A stretch of 64,000 bases of DNA from Azolla caroliniana (lineage: Eukaryota > Plantae > Polypodiophyta): positions 16,926,001 to 16,990,000 of the forward strand of contig JBHGNT010000008.1 of the NCBI GenBank assembly GCA_043228905.1, given 5' to 3'. Of this stretch, positions 11,290 to 24,729 are shown in pieces. Each line of letters opens with the position of its first letter. Position 1 is the first letter of the stretch. The notes below the pieces were generated by a model. It was given only the letters and a program-made list of their open reading frames with translations. It had not been told where the DNA came from and did no database searches. The position numbers and the translations under genes are program-made.

Positions 11290-12069
11290 CCGTATCGGCC
11301 GTGAAGATTTTCTTAAGGTTCCCCCACGCCTCCTTCAGCGTTTTTGCCTCTCGAATGTAGCCGAGCATGTGATCATGTACACATGATGCAAGGCAATACA
11401 ACACACAACTCGCATGTGTCGTGTTGGGTTGTATTTCTTGTGCTCCTTTGATGTAGCCCCAATGGCCTTGGCCGACAAGGCATTGGTGCATCTTTTATTC
11501 CCAAGATGCAAAATTGTTTCTGCAAAGTTTCTCGGTAGGAAGAGCGCTTCCCATCCGAGTATTCATCTTGAGTCTTCTTCTTCTTCTCTATGATAAGAAT
11601 TGTGCCGGTTGCTGCTACAATGATCAACCAGTTCTTCGTGAACATAGGCTTAGACACAACACACGCGGATAAGCTTGGATCAGGCTACCAATTGCTCTGA
11701 TACCATGTAAATAAACAAGAGTGATTATGTGCAACGGAAGTGATATGTGTGTGTGTGTGTGTGACGGAGAGAAATAGAGAGCTCGACATATATAGAAAAT
11801 GCAAGTGAAAACTATATTAAGAAGGAGCAAAATACAAGAATAACCAACGACAGTTACAAGGGAGGTGAGAGAGCACTTATATAGTCACCTTCCCACTATT
11901 CTCTTTCTAAAAGCATCACTTAACTAAAGAGAGGTGTAGTCTTAACTACACTGAATATTTGTCATAGAACTATAATATTCTATGACATACTAGTTACTAT
12001 AGTAGGTGGCGGGTGTTCACACACTAGAGTGTGTTCCCACACTAGGGAAGTTGAGTTTGATTCTCAACA
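11290..12069 (-). mobile_element. Copia remnant: LTR (11706-12069), PBS and 5' gag fragment
   Basis: LTR starts TGTTGAGAATCAAACTCAAC; PBS TGGTATCAGAGC at 11705-11694; gag fragment KMHQCLVGQGHWGYIKG...AKTLKEAWGNL; same family as the 50787 element. Confidence 0.88.
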
Positions 12070-12217
12070 TTTTGAATTTAGTTTTTTCTGTTGTTTTGCC
12101 CTCTCTGTCTCTCTCTAATACTATGTATTCTCCATTCCTTGTGTTTACCTAATTGTTGCTACAGTCCGGTTGAGCCGACTACGTCTCTGTACAAGCTTCC
12201 ACATCTTACTCTTTACA
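12070..12217 (+). repeat. 3' portion of a copia LTR
   Basis: Ends GCTTCCACATCTTACTCTTTACA, resembling the U5 ends of the LTRs at 21594-21994 and 42220-42606. Confidence 0.5.
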
Positions 12218-12489
12218 AGACATTTGTATTTAATGCAAATGTGACGCCTCCCTCCAAAGGAGTACAGATTCCCTTGTAATGGGCGTATACAACACAGAAT
12301 CTGTAATAAACGAAAAAGGAGTACAGATTTATACAAGGTTGTTGAACAATTCGGTTTTGTTCGAGTCTGCAAAATCCGAGAGCAGAAGGCCGAATTGGCC
12401 GAAGTCGGAAGAGATGAATCTGAGCCTCGAACTATCAAAGGTGATTGTCCGAAACCATTTGAATGTCCGACTCAATTGGACCGATCATT

Positions 12490-14780
12490 TGTTAAGCCCA
12501 TTCAGTGCATGAGGGATCAGAATCGATCCACTGAAAGACACACGATCATCCCATCTACGACATTATCGACTGTAGGTACCTTCTTGAGGTCGATTTTCCC
12601 TGAAATGACACAGTCCCGAACAAAATGATATCTCACGTCAATATGCTTTGAGGCGTTGTGCTGAACCAAATTTTTCGATAGAGTGACAACACCTGATTGT
12701 TGTTGTAGACAATTGGAGCCGAGTTAGAGTCGACTTGTCAAAACGTGCAAGACAACCGACCGAGCCATAAGGCCTCTTTTGTCACGTTCGACGCGGCTAT
12801 GTATTCGGCTTTGGTCGTTGATGTGGTAGTGCATTCCTAAAGTTTTGATTTCCACGAGATCGCTCCATTGCCAAATTTGAAACAATATCCGGTTGTCAAT
12901 TTTCGACTATCCACACAGTCGGCAAAGTCTGAGTTGGTGTATCCGATTACGCCTAAAGCATCATTCGGGCCAGATAGGATGCCATATTCTTTTGTGCCCA
13001 TCAAATATCTGAACACATGCTTGACTTCGTTGCAATGCAATCGGCCAAGATTGTGCATCAGAATCCGATGGTGTGAGCAATGTCAAGTCGTGTCATGACC
13101 ATCGCGTACATCAAGGAGCCGACTGCCAGTGCATACGGTACCAACTTCATAACTTCCCCCTCCAGACCAGATGTCAAGCAGTCTTGTTGAGATAACCGAA
13201 GATTAATGGGGGGCGGGGTTGAAGCAAGTTTGGCCGATTACATGTTAAAGTGTTCTAAGACACGTCCAATATAGTCAGATTGAGACAGAAACAACTGTCG
13301 TTGGTTCTGACTTATCTACATGTCGAGAATGTGTCTTGCCGGACCGAGGTCCTTCATGGCAAACTTCAATTGCAGTTACCGAAAAAGTTCGGCGAGTTCT
13401 CCGGCATGTCAGCCGAAGAGTAGCATGTCGTCCACGTAGATGATGAGGAAGATGGGAGACCCAGCTCGAGATGTTTTGGTGAAGAGACAGTGGTCCTCAT
13501 CGCTCTTTGAGAAGTCGACTAATTAGATAAAGTTGTCAAACTTCTTGTACCACTGTCTCGGTGCCTGCTCTAGGCGGTATAGACTCTTCTTGAGTCGGCA
13601 AACTAGATGTTCTTGGCCGGATTCCACAAAGCCTTTCAGCGTCTCCATATAAATTTCCTCCTCTAGATCACCATGGAGGAAGGCCATTTTTACATCTAGC
13701 TGGATCAACTCCATGTCCTTGGCTACCACTACGCCGAGTAGAAATCGAAGGGTCATCATTTTCACCATTGGTGAAAAGATCTCGTCGAGGTCAACACCAT
13801 ATTCTTGTCGGAAGCCCTTAGCTACTAATTTGGCCTTGAATTTTGGGGTGGCCGAATTAGACGTCTCTTTTAATCTGTAGACCCACTTGCACGGAAGAGC
13901 ACATCGATTTTTCGGTAGTTCAACCAAATCCCAAGTCTTGTTTGCCCGAATGGAGTTCATTTCTGACTCCATCGCCAGATGCCATGTGGCCAAATCAGTT
14001 GATACTGATGCTTCTTCATATGACTTAGGTTCGCCTGCGTCCATAAAGAAGATTCCAGGAGAGTACCTCTCTGGGGGTTGCGACTGTCTCTTGGATCTTC
14101 GAGGTATGATTGGACTAGTCACATCGGGTGTCTGAGTCGGATGGTTCAAAGCCAAATCACTCGGTTGTGCCGAGTCAAGCGTTGCCGAATCGATGTGAGG
14201 GGATTCGACTACCCATGAAGCCAACCTCGTATTATGGGTTGGGCCTTCGTGAAGGGTCGGCACATATGAAAAGATTACCCTTCCGACTTCAATAGGCCTT
14301 TCGAGCGTCTTGTGCATAGCCGACTCATTGAACACTACGTCCGAACTTTGGACAATCTGTTTGTGCTTGGGGTCCTAAAGTCAGTATCTGATCTCGTTGT
14401 TTGGTCCATAGCCAAGGAAAATAAATTTCCTGGACCTTGGTTCTAATTTGCGGCGGTCGTCTTTCGGTATGAGGGCTTACGCCTCGCATCCAAAAATCCT
14501 CAGCTTCTTGTAATTCGGCTTCCTATTGGTCCATAGTTCCTAAGGTACTTGAAGTCCTAGTGGCCTACTCGGCGACATGTTAATTATGTGTACAACTGTA
14601 AGTAGGGCCTCTGCTCAGAAGCCATTCGACAGTTCGAAGTGTTGGAGCATGGATACTATCCGTTCTTGAATTGTCCGATTCATCCACTCAGCAATTCCAT
14701 TCTGCTCCGGACGTTGTGGTGCCATGTATTCACGTCTGATGTCGCACTGTCGGCAAAATCTAACGAATTCTTCTGACTTG
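12490..14780 (-). pseudogene. Decayed copia pol fragment (integrase-RT-RNase H)
   Basis: KTWDLVELPK...CKWVYRLK, QLDVKMAFLHGDLEEEIYM, GYTNSDFADC...AISWKSKL; many stops. Confidence 0.9.
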
Positions 14781-14821
14781 AAGGCATTTTAGCTTTCGAC
14801 TATACTGATTTTCTACCATTG

Positions 14822-14925
14822 CGAGCCATATTATTCGTGAAGAAGAAGGATGGCTCTCTACGCTTATGTGTCGACTACCATGGTCTCAACAAACTCACTA
14901 TGCGCAACCGTTATCCGCTACCTCT
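14822..14925 (+). pseudogene. Short Ty3/gypsy RT fragment
   Basis: [32 protein letters not shown]. Confidence 0.85.
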
Positions 14926-14926
14926 G

Positions 14927-15279
14927 TGTTACCCCCGTAAGAATATACGGGGAGGCATAAGGGTAGGTGTAATGATGTGGTTGATGTGTATGTGTAAAGT
15001 AAATGAGTCTGTGAGGATGAGTATGTGTATAGACACATGCACAATTATGTGCATGTGTACAAGAATGTGTAATGGTCTTATTTATAACGGTCATGTAACC
15101 GTTACATTGGATGTATTGTATAAACCCCGTATGGGCATGTAATGAATATACATTTTTTCCCCTCTCATTTTGTGTCATTCTCTATTTTCTTTACTTCTTC
15201 TCTCTTTCCCTCACACGTAACCCCCTTGGGAGGGGGGGGGGGTGAAACCATTCTAGGCTTCACCCCCCCCGCAATAACA
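14927..15279 (+). repeat. Solo-type LTR without matching TSD
   Basis: TGTTA...TAACA termini, TATAAA at ~15119, G/C hairpin near the 3' end; flanks CTCTG and CTCGC belong to different elements. Confidence 0.65.
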
Positions 15280-16388
15280 CTCGCGTGGTTTTCTTTGACC
15301 ATCAACATTGATTGTAAGTCGAAGAAGGACGGTGGCTTCTCCCGCGTGCAAATCGCCGTCCGGATTGGCCCATACCTTTGCACTAGACCACCGAGGCAGA
15401 TTTGTACCATCTCATCTTCGTCCACCGTCACGTTGATGGACCCGAGTGCATCACAAATCTCCTTTATCTTGGTGGTGTAATCTGTAAGCGACATGTCTCT
15501 TTGTCGGATGTTGTTCAGCTCTTGTCGGAGCTGCAACTTACGGGCCATGGTACTCGCGGCGAAAATCTTTCGTAGATTTTCCCAGACCTCCTTCGGCGTC
15601 TTTGCATCCTTGATGTAGCTGAGCATCTGATCATGCACACCGAACGTGAGACAGTACAGTACCCGACTCGCTCCTTGCTCCCATACCGGGAAGTCACTGT
15701 GTGTCGGCTCCGGTGCTACCTCGTTCGTTCCTTCCACGAAGCTCCAATATCCATGCCCCAGCAGGTACTGGTGCATCTTGTATGACCAAGATGTGTAGTT
15801 GCTCCGATCGAGCTTCTCTGTTGGAAGTGAACTCACCATTCCTCTGTCCATGTCTTCTCTCTGTCTGTTGTTGTCGGGTTCTAGGGTTCGTCTACGAAAG
15901 CAAGTGTTGGCTATAGAGGTTCTCAACCATTGCGCTCTGATACCATGTAAATGTTAATGTGCGAACGCGTCAGACAGAACCGGCTCAGCCGGATAGCAAC
16001 AGAAAATGAGATGAAGGTTTAATGGAGAAACGTAACACAGAGAGTATATACAGGAGAGACATAGAGCGCAGAACATAAACTTTATTCAAAAATAACTCCA
16101 AAACTCTGTACATACAACGTGCTAAACAACACTATTTATACAAGTCCATAAAGGACTGACAGAAGTACTGACAGGTACTTCAATATTCCTACGTGCGACT
16201 GACACTAACTACAAGACAATGATTACCTAGTAGTCTAGGCTACTACTAAGCTTCCGGTTCCTACTCGAATCCGGCTCTCCGATCCGGCCGGTTGTTTCCG
16301 GATACCAATCCGGCTCATCCTTCCGGATGCCGATCCGGTTCAGGCTTATTCAGCCGATCCGGATCCGGTTGAGCTTGCTCGCTCAACA
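15280..16388 (-). mobile_element. Copia remnant: LTR (15946-16388), PBS and gag fragment
   Basis: LTR starts TGTTGAGCGAGCAAGCTCAAC; PBS at 15945-15934; gag LPTEKLDRSNYTSWSYKMHQYLLGHGYW...; truncated at 15280. Confidence 0.9.
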
Positions 16389-17200
16389 TAACATATAAGA
16401 CACGTAAGTTTGAATGCCTTCGTGAAAGGAGAGGTGCATGGGCAAGCCCGAAACACTCCCTTGTCACAAGGCACACAAACAAATAAGCACAAATGACAAT
16501 AACATATAAGATACGTAGGTTAAACCAAACATTAGTTTATTGCAATATAATAGATTCTTTTATAAAATAAGAATCAATTTTACAACGGGTTTGATATGAA
16601 TATGAGAGATAATTTATAAAGGAAGGGAGAAGAGAGGTGGAGGAAAGAAGAGAGTGGAACATAGAAGAAGGTGATTCTTTGTTGATGATGCCTCTCTATG
16701 TTGTTGATCCTTCTTCTTTTGCCTTCCAATTGAGTAGAGCTTCCGTGTTCCTTCTCCCTCCCCTCCTTCACTAGAATAGGCTCTTATTTATAGGTTTAGG
16801 ATTGGTTGCCTTTTCCCCCTAAAACAAAGCTTGTCTATATGAGTCAACTTTTCTTTTCCTCACTATTTCTGATTTCTACCCCAACTTTCACATGCAAGCT
16901 ATTCTTGGAAAGCTCTTTGGGTTAGCTTTCTTATGCATCTTTTCTTTTCTAATTTGGACATCTGACGAGGAAATTAGGAGCTTTTTTCTCTATTGTGCTC
17001 CTCATATCCACACGTGCTTTTGTTTTTCTCCCCATCTTTTTCTCTACTTTTGTCTACTTTTGAAAACCGCCTCTAACTTAATATTCATCATTATTTATAG
17101 TAAGGTTCAATCCTTTGACCTTTTATTTATAAGGAATTATCTTTGTCTAATGAAAAAATATTTTTGCTACCAATAAAGTTGACTTCACAATACTAGTTTA
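16389..17200 (-). repeat. Partial LTR related to the large LTR starting at 42813
   Basis: 16416-16470 is the reverse complement of the 105-bp unit core (CTTGTGAC.AGGGAG.GTTTCGGGC.TGCCCATGCACCTCTCCT); TATAAATA at ~16790 on the minus strand. Right boundary approximate. Confidence 0.55.
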
Positions 17201-17316
17201 TTTGAACTACTACTTTACTTCTTTTCGAGGGTGGTTTCATACTATGTGTTAGAAACGTCACAACACCGGCTAAGACACCGATTGGAGTGTTTCCGGTTTT
17301 GAGCCGGAGGCGACTG

Positions 17317-17353
<37 letters not shown>

Positions 17354-17609
17354 CTCACACATCACGTACACAAAAACCTGAAAGAAGGGCAAATATCTGA
17401 CATAGACAGACACAATTATACACAACTCTATATGTATTTATGTACACAGGCAACATAATACAATGGCGGCTTCGATCTAGACTAAAGTAAGGCAGATCAC
17501 AACAGTCGTTTACAGGCAAGCCCATTCGGGGAGATATCTTGCCATGATCTTTGGAGTGGTGATGGGAGAAGTACATTTTTAATTCCCTCACTTTCCCCCT
17601 CTTACCTCT

Positions 17610-18890
17610 ATATACATTTTCGAATGTCCAAGTGCACACAGTGCGGTTTGCCAAATTAGCCCGATCCATCCGGTTTTCTCACTGTGGATGGAAATCTTCA
17701 CGACACCGTGCTCTCGATAGAATGTCAGCCATGGCATGGTCTTTTTCGGAGATGTGTCGTATCTCCGGATTCAGGGGACTTGATATATGCGATCCACCTG
17801 AGCATTGCCAAGTCCGAAGTCGCGCATCTGGATACCATTCCGAGAATCGAGAGGGAGTCTGTCTCGACTATTACCTCTACCCTGATCAGATAATCTTTGT
17901 CGGCCTTTACTGTCAAAACGATACCCCAATGCTCTCTCTTAAGCTGGGCGTATCCTTGTTGTCGCTCACTTAGGACCTTGGCGTCGAACCGGATGGTGAA
18001 CCTCGTTCCAGTTTCATCCTTTTGGTTGATTACCCATCCAATTCCGGTCGGACTCTTGTCGATTGTGACAAAAATCGGAGAGTCCTTCGTGTACACTATT
18101 TTCCGGAGAGTCGGCGCCACCGTCAACATTTCCTTTAGTTTCCAAATCGTTGACTATGCACACTTTGCCATAACACAAGTTTGAGAGTCTTAATTATCAC
18201 ACCTTGATACAATGCTCTATCTTGGCTTACATTCAACTATGCTTTCTACACATCTTCAACCAAACCCAATCCTTGCACAAATTTCTCTCTTAATCATTGT
18301 GTGCATTCTCAATTGTGACATTTGTTAGTGAAGTTCGTGAACACCAAGAGACACTATTCACTTTCACAAGTAATATGAGAAGTTTTTTGTATTGGTCTCA
18401 TAGCTCATATTTGACCTCCGATGATAATAAAATCTATTTATCTATTGGCTTGGTGGTTCACAAGATAACATCAAAGTTACACCTCCCTTCTTTATAATTG
18501 GAAATATATGTGTAGGGCTTAAGAAATTGGCCTCTCAAAAGGCATGAAAACTTGAAGGTAAAAAAGGCCAAAATGCTCAAATGGACGGGAAACGAAGTAG
18601 TGCGGGATCCAGATGTGGTAGAAGAAACATGCCCCTAAGAATCGCCGAACCTCAGTGGTCATCCTGCATACTTCTTTCACTTCCGAAATGGCCTCTACCT
18701 TAGCCAGAGACGGCTTCCGACCGTAGGGCTTGCACAAGTGTCCTCCCTATGGGCCTATTGATTTCTCTCTCGAGAAGGTTAGGCGCGTTCCTTCCAATTT
18801 CTCCAGTACTTTCTCGCAGTCAGCGATGTGGTTGGCAATGAACCTTCGGCACCTGTCCTCCCCAACTGTCTCATCCTCCAAACACCCCCT
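17610..18890 (-). pseudogene. Ty3/gypsy RT (18590-18890) and RNase H (17610-18130) fragments
   Basis: KVEAISEV...TEVRRFLGACFFYHIWIPH; TIDKSPTGIGWVINQ...RQQGYAQLKRE...VETDSLSILGM...MLRWIAYIK. Confidence 0.8.
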
Positions 18891-18974
18891 GAAAAGAATA
18901 TGTGCGGAAGCTAAATAGATCTCGCCACTAAACCATAGTTAAAACGGGGCCCTAAATGTTGCCACTATGCATTA

Positions 18975-19030
18975 GTTTCGGGGTCGAAACTCTCACCCCT
19001 AGTGGGAGAGTGTGACATCCGTTAGGTATA
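18975..19030 (+). repeat. 3' internal end, PPT and start of a gypsy 3' LTR (Tekay/Del-like signature)
   Basis: GTTTCGGGGTCGAAAC hairpin, then AGTGGGAGAG, then TGTGACATCC at 19011; the LTR right end was not located. Confidence 0.45.
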
Positions 19031-19840
19031 CCTAAAATATAGAAATTGTTATAAATAAAGAACCTTGGAAGTGCAAACGATTCAATTAGTGAACATTTGA
19101 CATTCCAATGATTCCTATTTAATAGAAGCCTATTTTCCTAGAGGGGCAGACACCAATTTTGGGAGTTAGTAATTCTTATGGAGTTTGTTTAATTCTTATT
19201 TTAATTAAGCCATGTTGTTTTAGTTCATTCATGTTGGTGGTGGTAACATTTGTTATTGACAATTTTTTTGAGGAACCCTAAACCCTTTTCAATCATTTCT
19301 ATTTTTTAGAAGGGTTTAATGTAGGGTATTTATCATCTTAAGGACTTAGATTGTCTGAGCTATTGTGATCCCATGCTTTAATAGCCACCACGCTCATGTT
19401 CATGGGCCTTGCCCCTTCTAGTTCAGTTGACTACCTCTTTCTCTTCATTAGGTTGATGATAAACTCATGCAATTCTTTCTTGGCTATACCAGGGAGAGTG
19501 AACTCTATACGACTATAGAGGATCCTTTCCTCTATCAACTCTAGGTATGTTGCTTGTTTGATCTCAAAGCAAAACTTGAATTTCGGGGGGTTTCCCTTCT
19601 CTTTTCACCTTTCATTGCGTGTTAGGGCCGATGTCATGATGTTTTCGACAAATAGTGTCAAACCACACCAAATAGGAAAAAATAATAATGATACAAATAA
19701 GCCAAACATGCCACAAAGACGAACTTCTGAAGGCAAGATTTGGACCTTGCATCTTCAAGGAATCAAAATTTGAACCTTATGCCTTAAAGGAATGACACAA
19801 TTGTATTTACTGGTAGGGCAACTACTAGTGAGTGATTTAT

Positions 19841-20463
19841 TGTTGAGAATCAAGCTCAACCTAGTCTAGTGTGTGAACACACTCTTGAGAGTGTGCACTC
19901 AAAGGTCAAAAGTCACCACTCTTATCTACACATTAACTATGTGTCATAGAATCATATTTTATGACACATAACTAATGAGTTTTCACATTCCCCATGACCC
20001 ATGAGCTTCAGTAGTTAATAAAGAGAGAGAGAGACTATATAAAGCACTCTCCTCCTACTTTGTAATTAGTTCGGTTAATCTCCTTTGTAATGTACATCGT
20101 CTTAAGTATTCTATTGTTGTGTTTAAAATCTATCTATCTTGTGTTTCTCCCTCTCTCTCTCTCTCTCATACACACACACTTACAACACATATCTCTAGTC
20201 TATTCCGCTGCACAAGAATCACCTTCGATTCTTTACATGGTATCAAAGTGGTTTGGTAGCTTGATCTCGCCCATCCACGTGTGTTGAGCTCTATGTTGAC
20301 GTTCAAGAAGAACCGGCTCATCGTTATCGTAGTGCGACTACATAGCTCGTATTCAAGAGAGAAGAAGAAGGAAGAAATCTACATCGAACACCATGAATAC
20401 TCAAATGGGGAGCGTTCTCCCTAGTCTATTCCGCTGCACAAGAATCACCTTCGATTCTTTACA
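19841..20463 (+). mobile_element. Internally deleted copia element (LTR 19841-20237, PBS, leader, gag start, last ~43 bp of 3' LTR)
   Basis: TGTTGAGAATCAAGCTCAAC...CTTTACA, then TGGTATCAAAG; gag start ATGAATACTCAAATGGGG, then a jump to the duplicated U5 end at 20421-20463; flanks TTTAT/TTTTT. Confidence 0.85.
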
Positions 20464-21593
20464 TTTTTTTTTTTTCATAGATCAACTTTACATATTAAAA
20501 TTGCATAGGAAAACAACTCAGACAAAACCACATGCACAAAAACCATGGGTTTAATGTTAATCCATGGTTTTGTGCATGCTACAAAGCCAGTGCTTTTGAT
20601 AAAGTAACCATAGTTATCCTCAAAGTAACCATGGTTCACATGGCTTTGAGGTACTATATAAGACCCTAGCAAGGTTTGTGTAAGGGGAAAGGAGAAAAGG
20701 GAAAGGAGAAAAGGGGAACTTTGTTGTTTTGAAAGGTGGAAGAGCGTAAAGATGAATCTCAATCAAGAGGGTGTGAGATATCAACATCAAGAAGAGGCAA
20801 CGAAGTCGTCGATCGTTGGGTCTATTCACCAAACTCAAGGATTTCCACCCTTTTCGATGCTTCATTCAATTTTTTACTCCATTCTCTTTCCCCTTTCCTT
20901 GTGAACTATCTCTCCTTAAAGAAGAACCCGTTGTAACTTGAAAAACCTTATTTTTATAAAAGGCGTTATTGCTTTTTGATCAAGTGTTGTTTTCTTGCTT
21001 AGAGAAATATGGTTCACTAGGCCATGTCGTTACGCTTACAACAACATATGTAAAAATTTCATCTAAACTCAAATGTTTAGGATGCCTAGGTAAAGATTGC
21101 ATGTCTATTGTGCATTTTGCATTCCTTCCTAAAATGCCTAATCAATGATGCATGTTGTATTAATAAAGCAATCCGACACTAAGTTGTATGGGTATGGTGG
21201 TGAGACAATGTCATCCTTGGGGATCACCTTAATTACTACCTTGCATGCAACGAGGACACACTCCCAAGCAACCATTGTGTACTTATTCACATTATGCATA
21301 TCCAAAAGCTAAATCATGTGTTGCCCTATGGATGTCTTGTATCGATTTGGCATGTTGTATGAGGGTGGTGGTGAGAATATTATTTGAGGAAATTAAACTA
21401 AAAAGACAAAAGAAACTCTAGAGACCAAACATAAGGACAATGTGATTATAACAATGGGAATCAACTACTAAATCATCAAATAATCATTTACCTAAACACA
21501 ATGTGATTACAACAACGCTCACTATTAGGATAATTACAACATTGATTGTTGCATGTGTAGTGTTGGGGAGAAATGTTAATAACCCTACATACA

Positions 21594-21994
21594 TGTTGAG
21601 TGGCAAGCTCAACTGGAGCCGGATCGGCTGGATAAGCTTGAGCCGGTGAGCGAGACGGATCGGTAAGCCGGTGAGCAACCGAGCCGACAAGCAACAGAGC
21701 CGGTTAGCCGGATCCAATCGGTAACCGGAAGCCTAGTATTAGTTTAGACTACTAGGCAGTTATAGTCTCGTAGTAAGTGTCAGATGCTCGTGTGAGCATT
21801 GAAGTACACGGTACTTCTGTCAGTCCCACGAGGACTTGTATAAATAGTGCTACTGAGCATAGTTGTAAGTGACAGAGTGTTTATATTGTTTTGAATATAA
21901 CTTTTGCGTTCTGCTCTCTCTCTGTCTCTCCCGTGTACTCTGTGTATTCTCTGATTTCTCTGTTTTCTAACGCTTCCGCAAGTAATCGTTTTCA
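21594..21994 (+). repeat. Solo LTR (copia family) with TSD
   Basis: TGTTGAGTGGCAAGCTCAAC...TTTTCA; TSD ATACA at 21589-21593 and 21995-21999. Confidence 0.9.
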
Positions 21995-23299
21995 ATACAA
22001 CATTAACAAGTATGCTAGTTGCTCATGAGTAAATATCCAAACTAATGAAAGATTGATCAATTTTTTGGGAAATATTGCAAAATATTAAAATACGATTTTT
22101 AAGAACGTGGGTATAGTTGGTTTTCATCCACGGGTACATGATGATATTACCTTTAAAGCTACCAAATGGGTGTATCCAATATTTGGGCTAGCAAATAATT
22201 TCCTTTGATAGGAATGGTTTCGTTTTCGTGCTAGGCATAATATGTACAACACATGTGGTGACCACGATAATAGAGACACAATAAAAACTTCATAGAATTA
22301 GTCATGGAAAAAGGGCTAATGGTTCTAAGTCCCCTTTTAGAAATTTGATAGACAATTGGAGATAAAGTATTACGCTTGTCTTTTTATTCCAATATTGTAT
22401 GAGAAACAAAAGGAAGTCCTCTATGGCTAGAGTGTTTATTTTTCTAGCTAAAATGATTGCAAATCAATTATCATAGTGTCCAATAATTGATTGGCATCAT
22501 GCTAAATTTGAGAATCACATACTATTCCTTAACGAGTTACAATAGCTAATCATAAATAACATGTCAAATACGATGTTTGAGGTCGAGCCGGCTCCACCAA
22601 AACTATCTAGATAATGTGTATCTTATCTATCAAAAAAGGCAAATATATGAAAAGATAACTCCAAGCCATGAGAAGGAAGACAATGAATGGATAAGGACAT
22701 TATGGAAGCCATCGAGGCTCGTTGGATTGGGAACAACTACCATAAAAAGAACTTAAATTAGAGATTTATAATCGCACCACATAAGACCATTCAAATCAAT
22801 AAGCTACCATCATGGTTGTTTCTTGATGTGAAAAAATCCTGCCATAACATATATAAATCAACAAGGGAGAATTACCATCGTACCTATGTTCCTCCTACTT
22901 GTTCCCTTGTGAATGATGAGGGATGTGAGTGCCCTCTAACAATATAACGGTGGATGGAGAAGAACGCATCAGTGATAGAAAGGCATTCAAAGTGACATGG
23001 GGATCCTACTTTAGCAACCTAGGGTTACGCTATTGGCATTTACCAAAGGTCCCAACCACTTATACAATGACGAAGGTTCGAGTGCTTCGGAATTCGTTGT
23101 ATGGCCTGGGAAATATAAGAAAACGGGGTACATTTTCCGAGAAAACGAAAGCAGTCGAAGCTTGGTGGCCATGTCGACGAACCAGAAAGAAGACAAGGAA
23201 AAGATAAGGCTTTGGCCATGTCAAGAAGCAATGGCTTTTTTTTGTGTGAGAATGTGGCAAAAGAACAAACGTATGAATGAAACAAGAGACGTATTGTGG

Positions 23300-23590
23300 C
23301 ATACATACATACATACATACATTACATACATACATACATTACATACATTACATAGAGTATATACACACATATAAATACATACATTACATACACACATATA
23401 AATACATACATACATACATACATTACATAGATTACATACACACATATAAATACATACATTACATACACACATATAAATACATACATTACATATACACATA
23501 TAAATACATACATTACATACACACATATAAATACATACATACATACAATCCATAGTACATACATCACATACAATACATTACATACATACG
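23300..23590. repeat. Compound (ACAT)n microsatellite with a 27-bp higher-order unit
   Basis: Repeated ACATACACACATATAAATACATACATT. Confidence 0.92.
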
Positions 23591-23754
23591 GATACGGTTT
23601 AATACGTACGTATACGTATACGGTGTAATAGCGTAGTTCATCCGTATACGTATTACGCTATGTATGTATGTATTTTTGTATGCGTGTATATGTTTCCTGT
23701 GGATTTGCTCAGAGAAGATCAGGTATCGTCTTCGCCTTCCCATCAAAGCCATCG

Positions 23755-24640
23755 AAGGTTAGCCATGTCTTCTCTGCCCTTCTCTTTTTATGTATATGTT
23801 TGTTGTAATTTTGCTCTTTGGAATCAGCAGCCACACTTCTCCTTTGTTCTTGTTTTTTGAAGGTCAGCCATGGCTTCTCCGCTCCTCCCTGTATGCACAC
23901 GTTTGTAGTAATTTGTTCTCTCGATTTCCTTTTTGCTTTTTTTTTGAAGGTTAGCTATGGCCTCCTTGTTTTTTTCAAGGTTAGCCATGGCTTCTCTGCT
24001 CCTTTCTGTATGTACATGCTTGTAGTAATTTGTTCTTTCGAGTCGTATACTCATCTTCCTTGTTTTTTTGAAGGTCAGCGATGGCTTCTCTACTCCTCTC
24101 TGTATGCACACGTTGGTATTTTTTTTTATGCACATCGATTTTTTTGAAGGTTAGCTATGGCTTTTCTTCTCTTTTTTCTGTATGTACACGTTTATATAAT
24201 TTTTTCTTTCGAATCGCATACGCATCATCTGTTTTTTTAGGGTTATCTATGGCTTCTCGTCTCTTTTTCTGTATGTACACGTTTATAGAATTTGTCCTTT
24301 TAATCGCATTCGCATCTTCCCTTTTTGAATGTTAGCTATGGCTTCTCTGCTCTTTTTCATAAATGTGTCCTTTCAATCGCGTATGTGTCTTCCCTTTTTG
24401 AATGTGGTCTGGCTTCTCTGCTCTTTTTTATATGTTTGTCCTTTCAATCGCATATCTGTCTTCGTTTTTTGAATGTTAACTATGCCTTCTCTGCTCTTTT
24501 TTATATGTTTGTCCTTACAATCGCATATATGTCTTCGTTTTTTGAATGTTAGCTATGGCTTCTCTGCTCTTTTTTCTATATGTCCAATTTTATGGTATTT
24601 GTTCTTTTGCATACACATCTTCCTTTTTTGAATGTTTTCT
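23755..24640 (+). repeat. Degenerate tandem repeat array (~70-95 bp units) upstream of the PP2-A10-like gene
   Basis: Recurrent TTTTTGAA(G/T)GTTAGCTATGGCTTCTCTGCTCTTTTT...TCGCATA, about a dozen copies. Confidence 0.85.
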
Positions 24641-24729
24641 TCTGACATTGTTTGCAATCTTTGATAGGTCATAGATGAAGACGATTCTCTCAGTCTCTGA
24701 GTGGAAAAAAACAAAGGTTTCTTCTGGAT

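Noticed and set aside
17245-17600. LTR next to the gypsy RNase H fragment
   Set aside because: LTR-like composition (AG repeat, TG start), but no partner, clear end or TSD found.
23221-23573. Repetitive ORFs such as MYVCIYMCVCN and YIHTYK
   Set aside because: Translations of the ACAT microsatellite.
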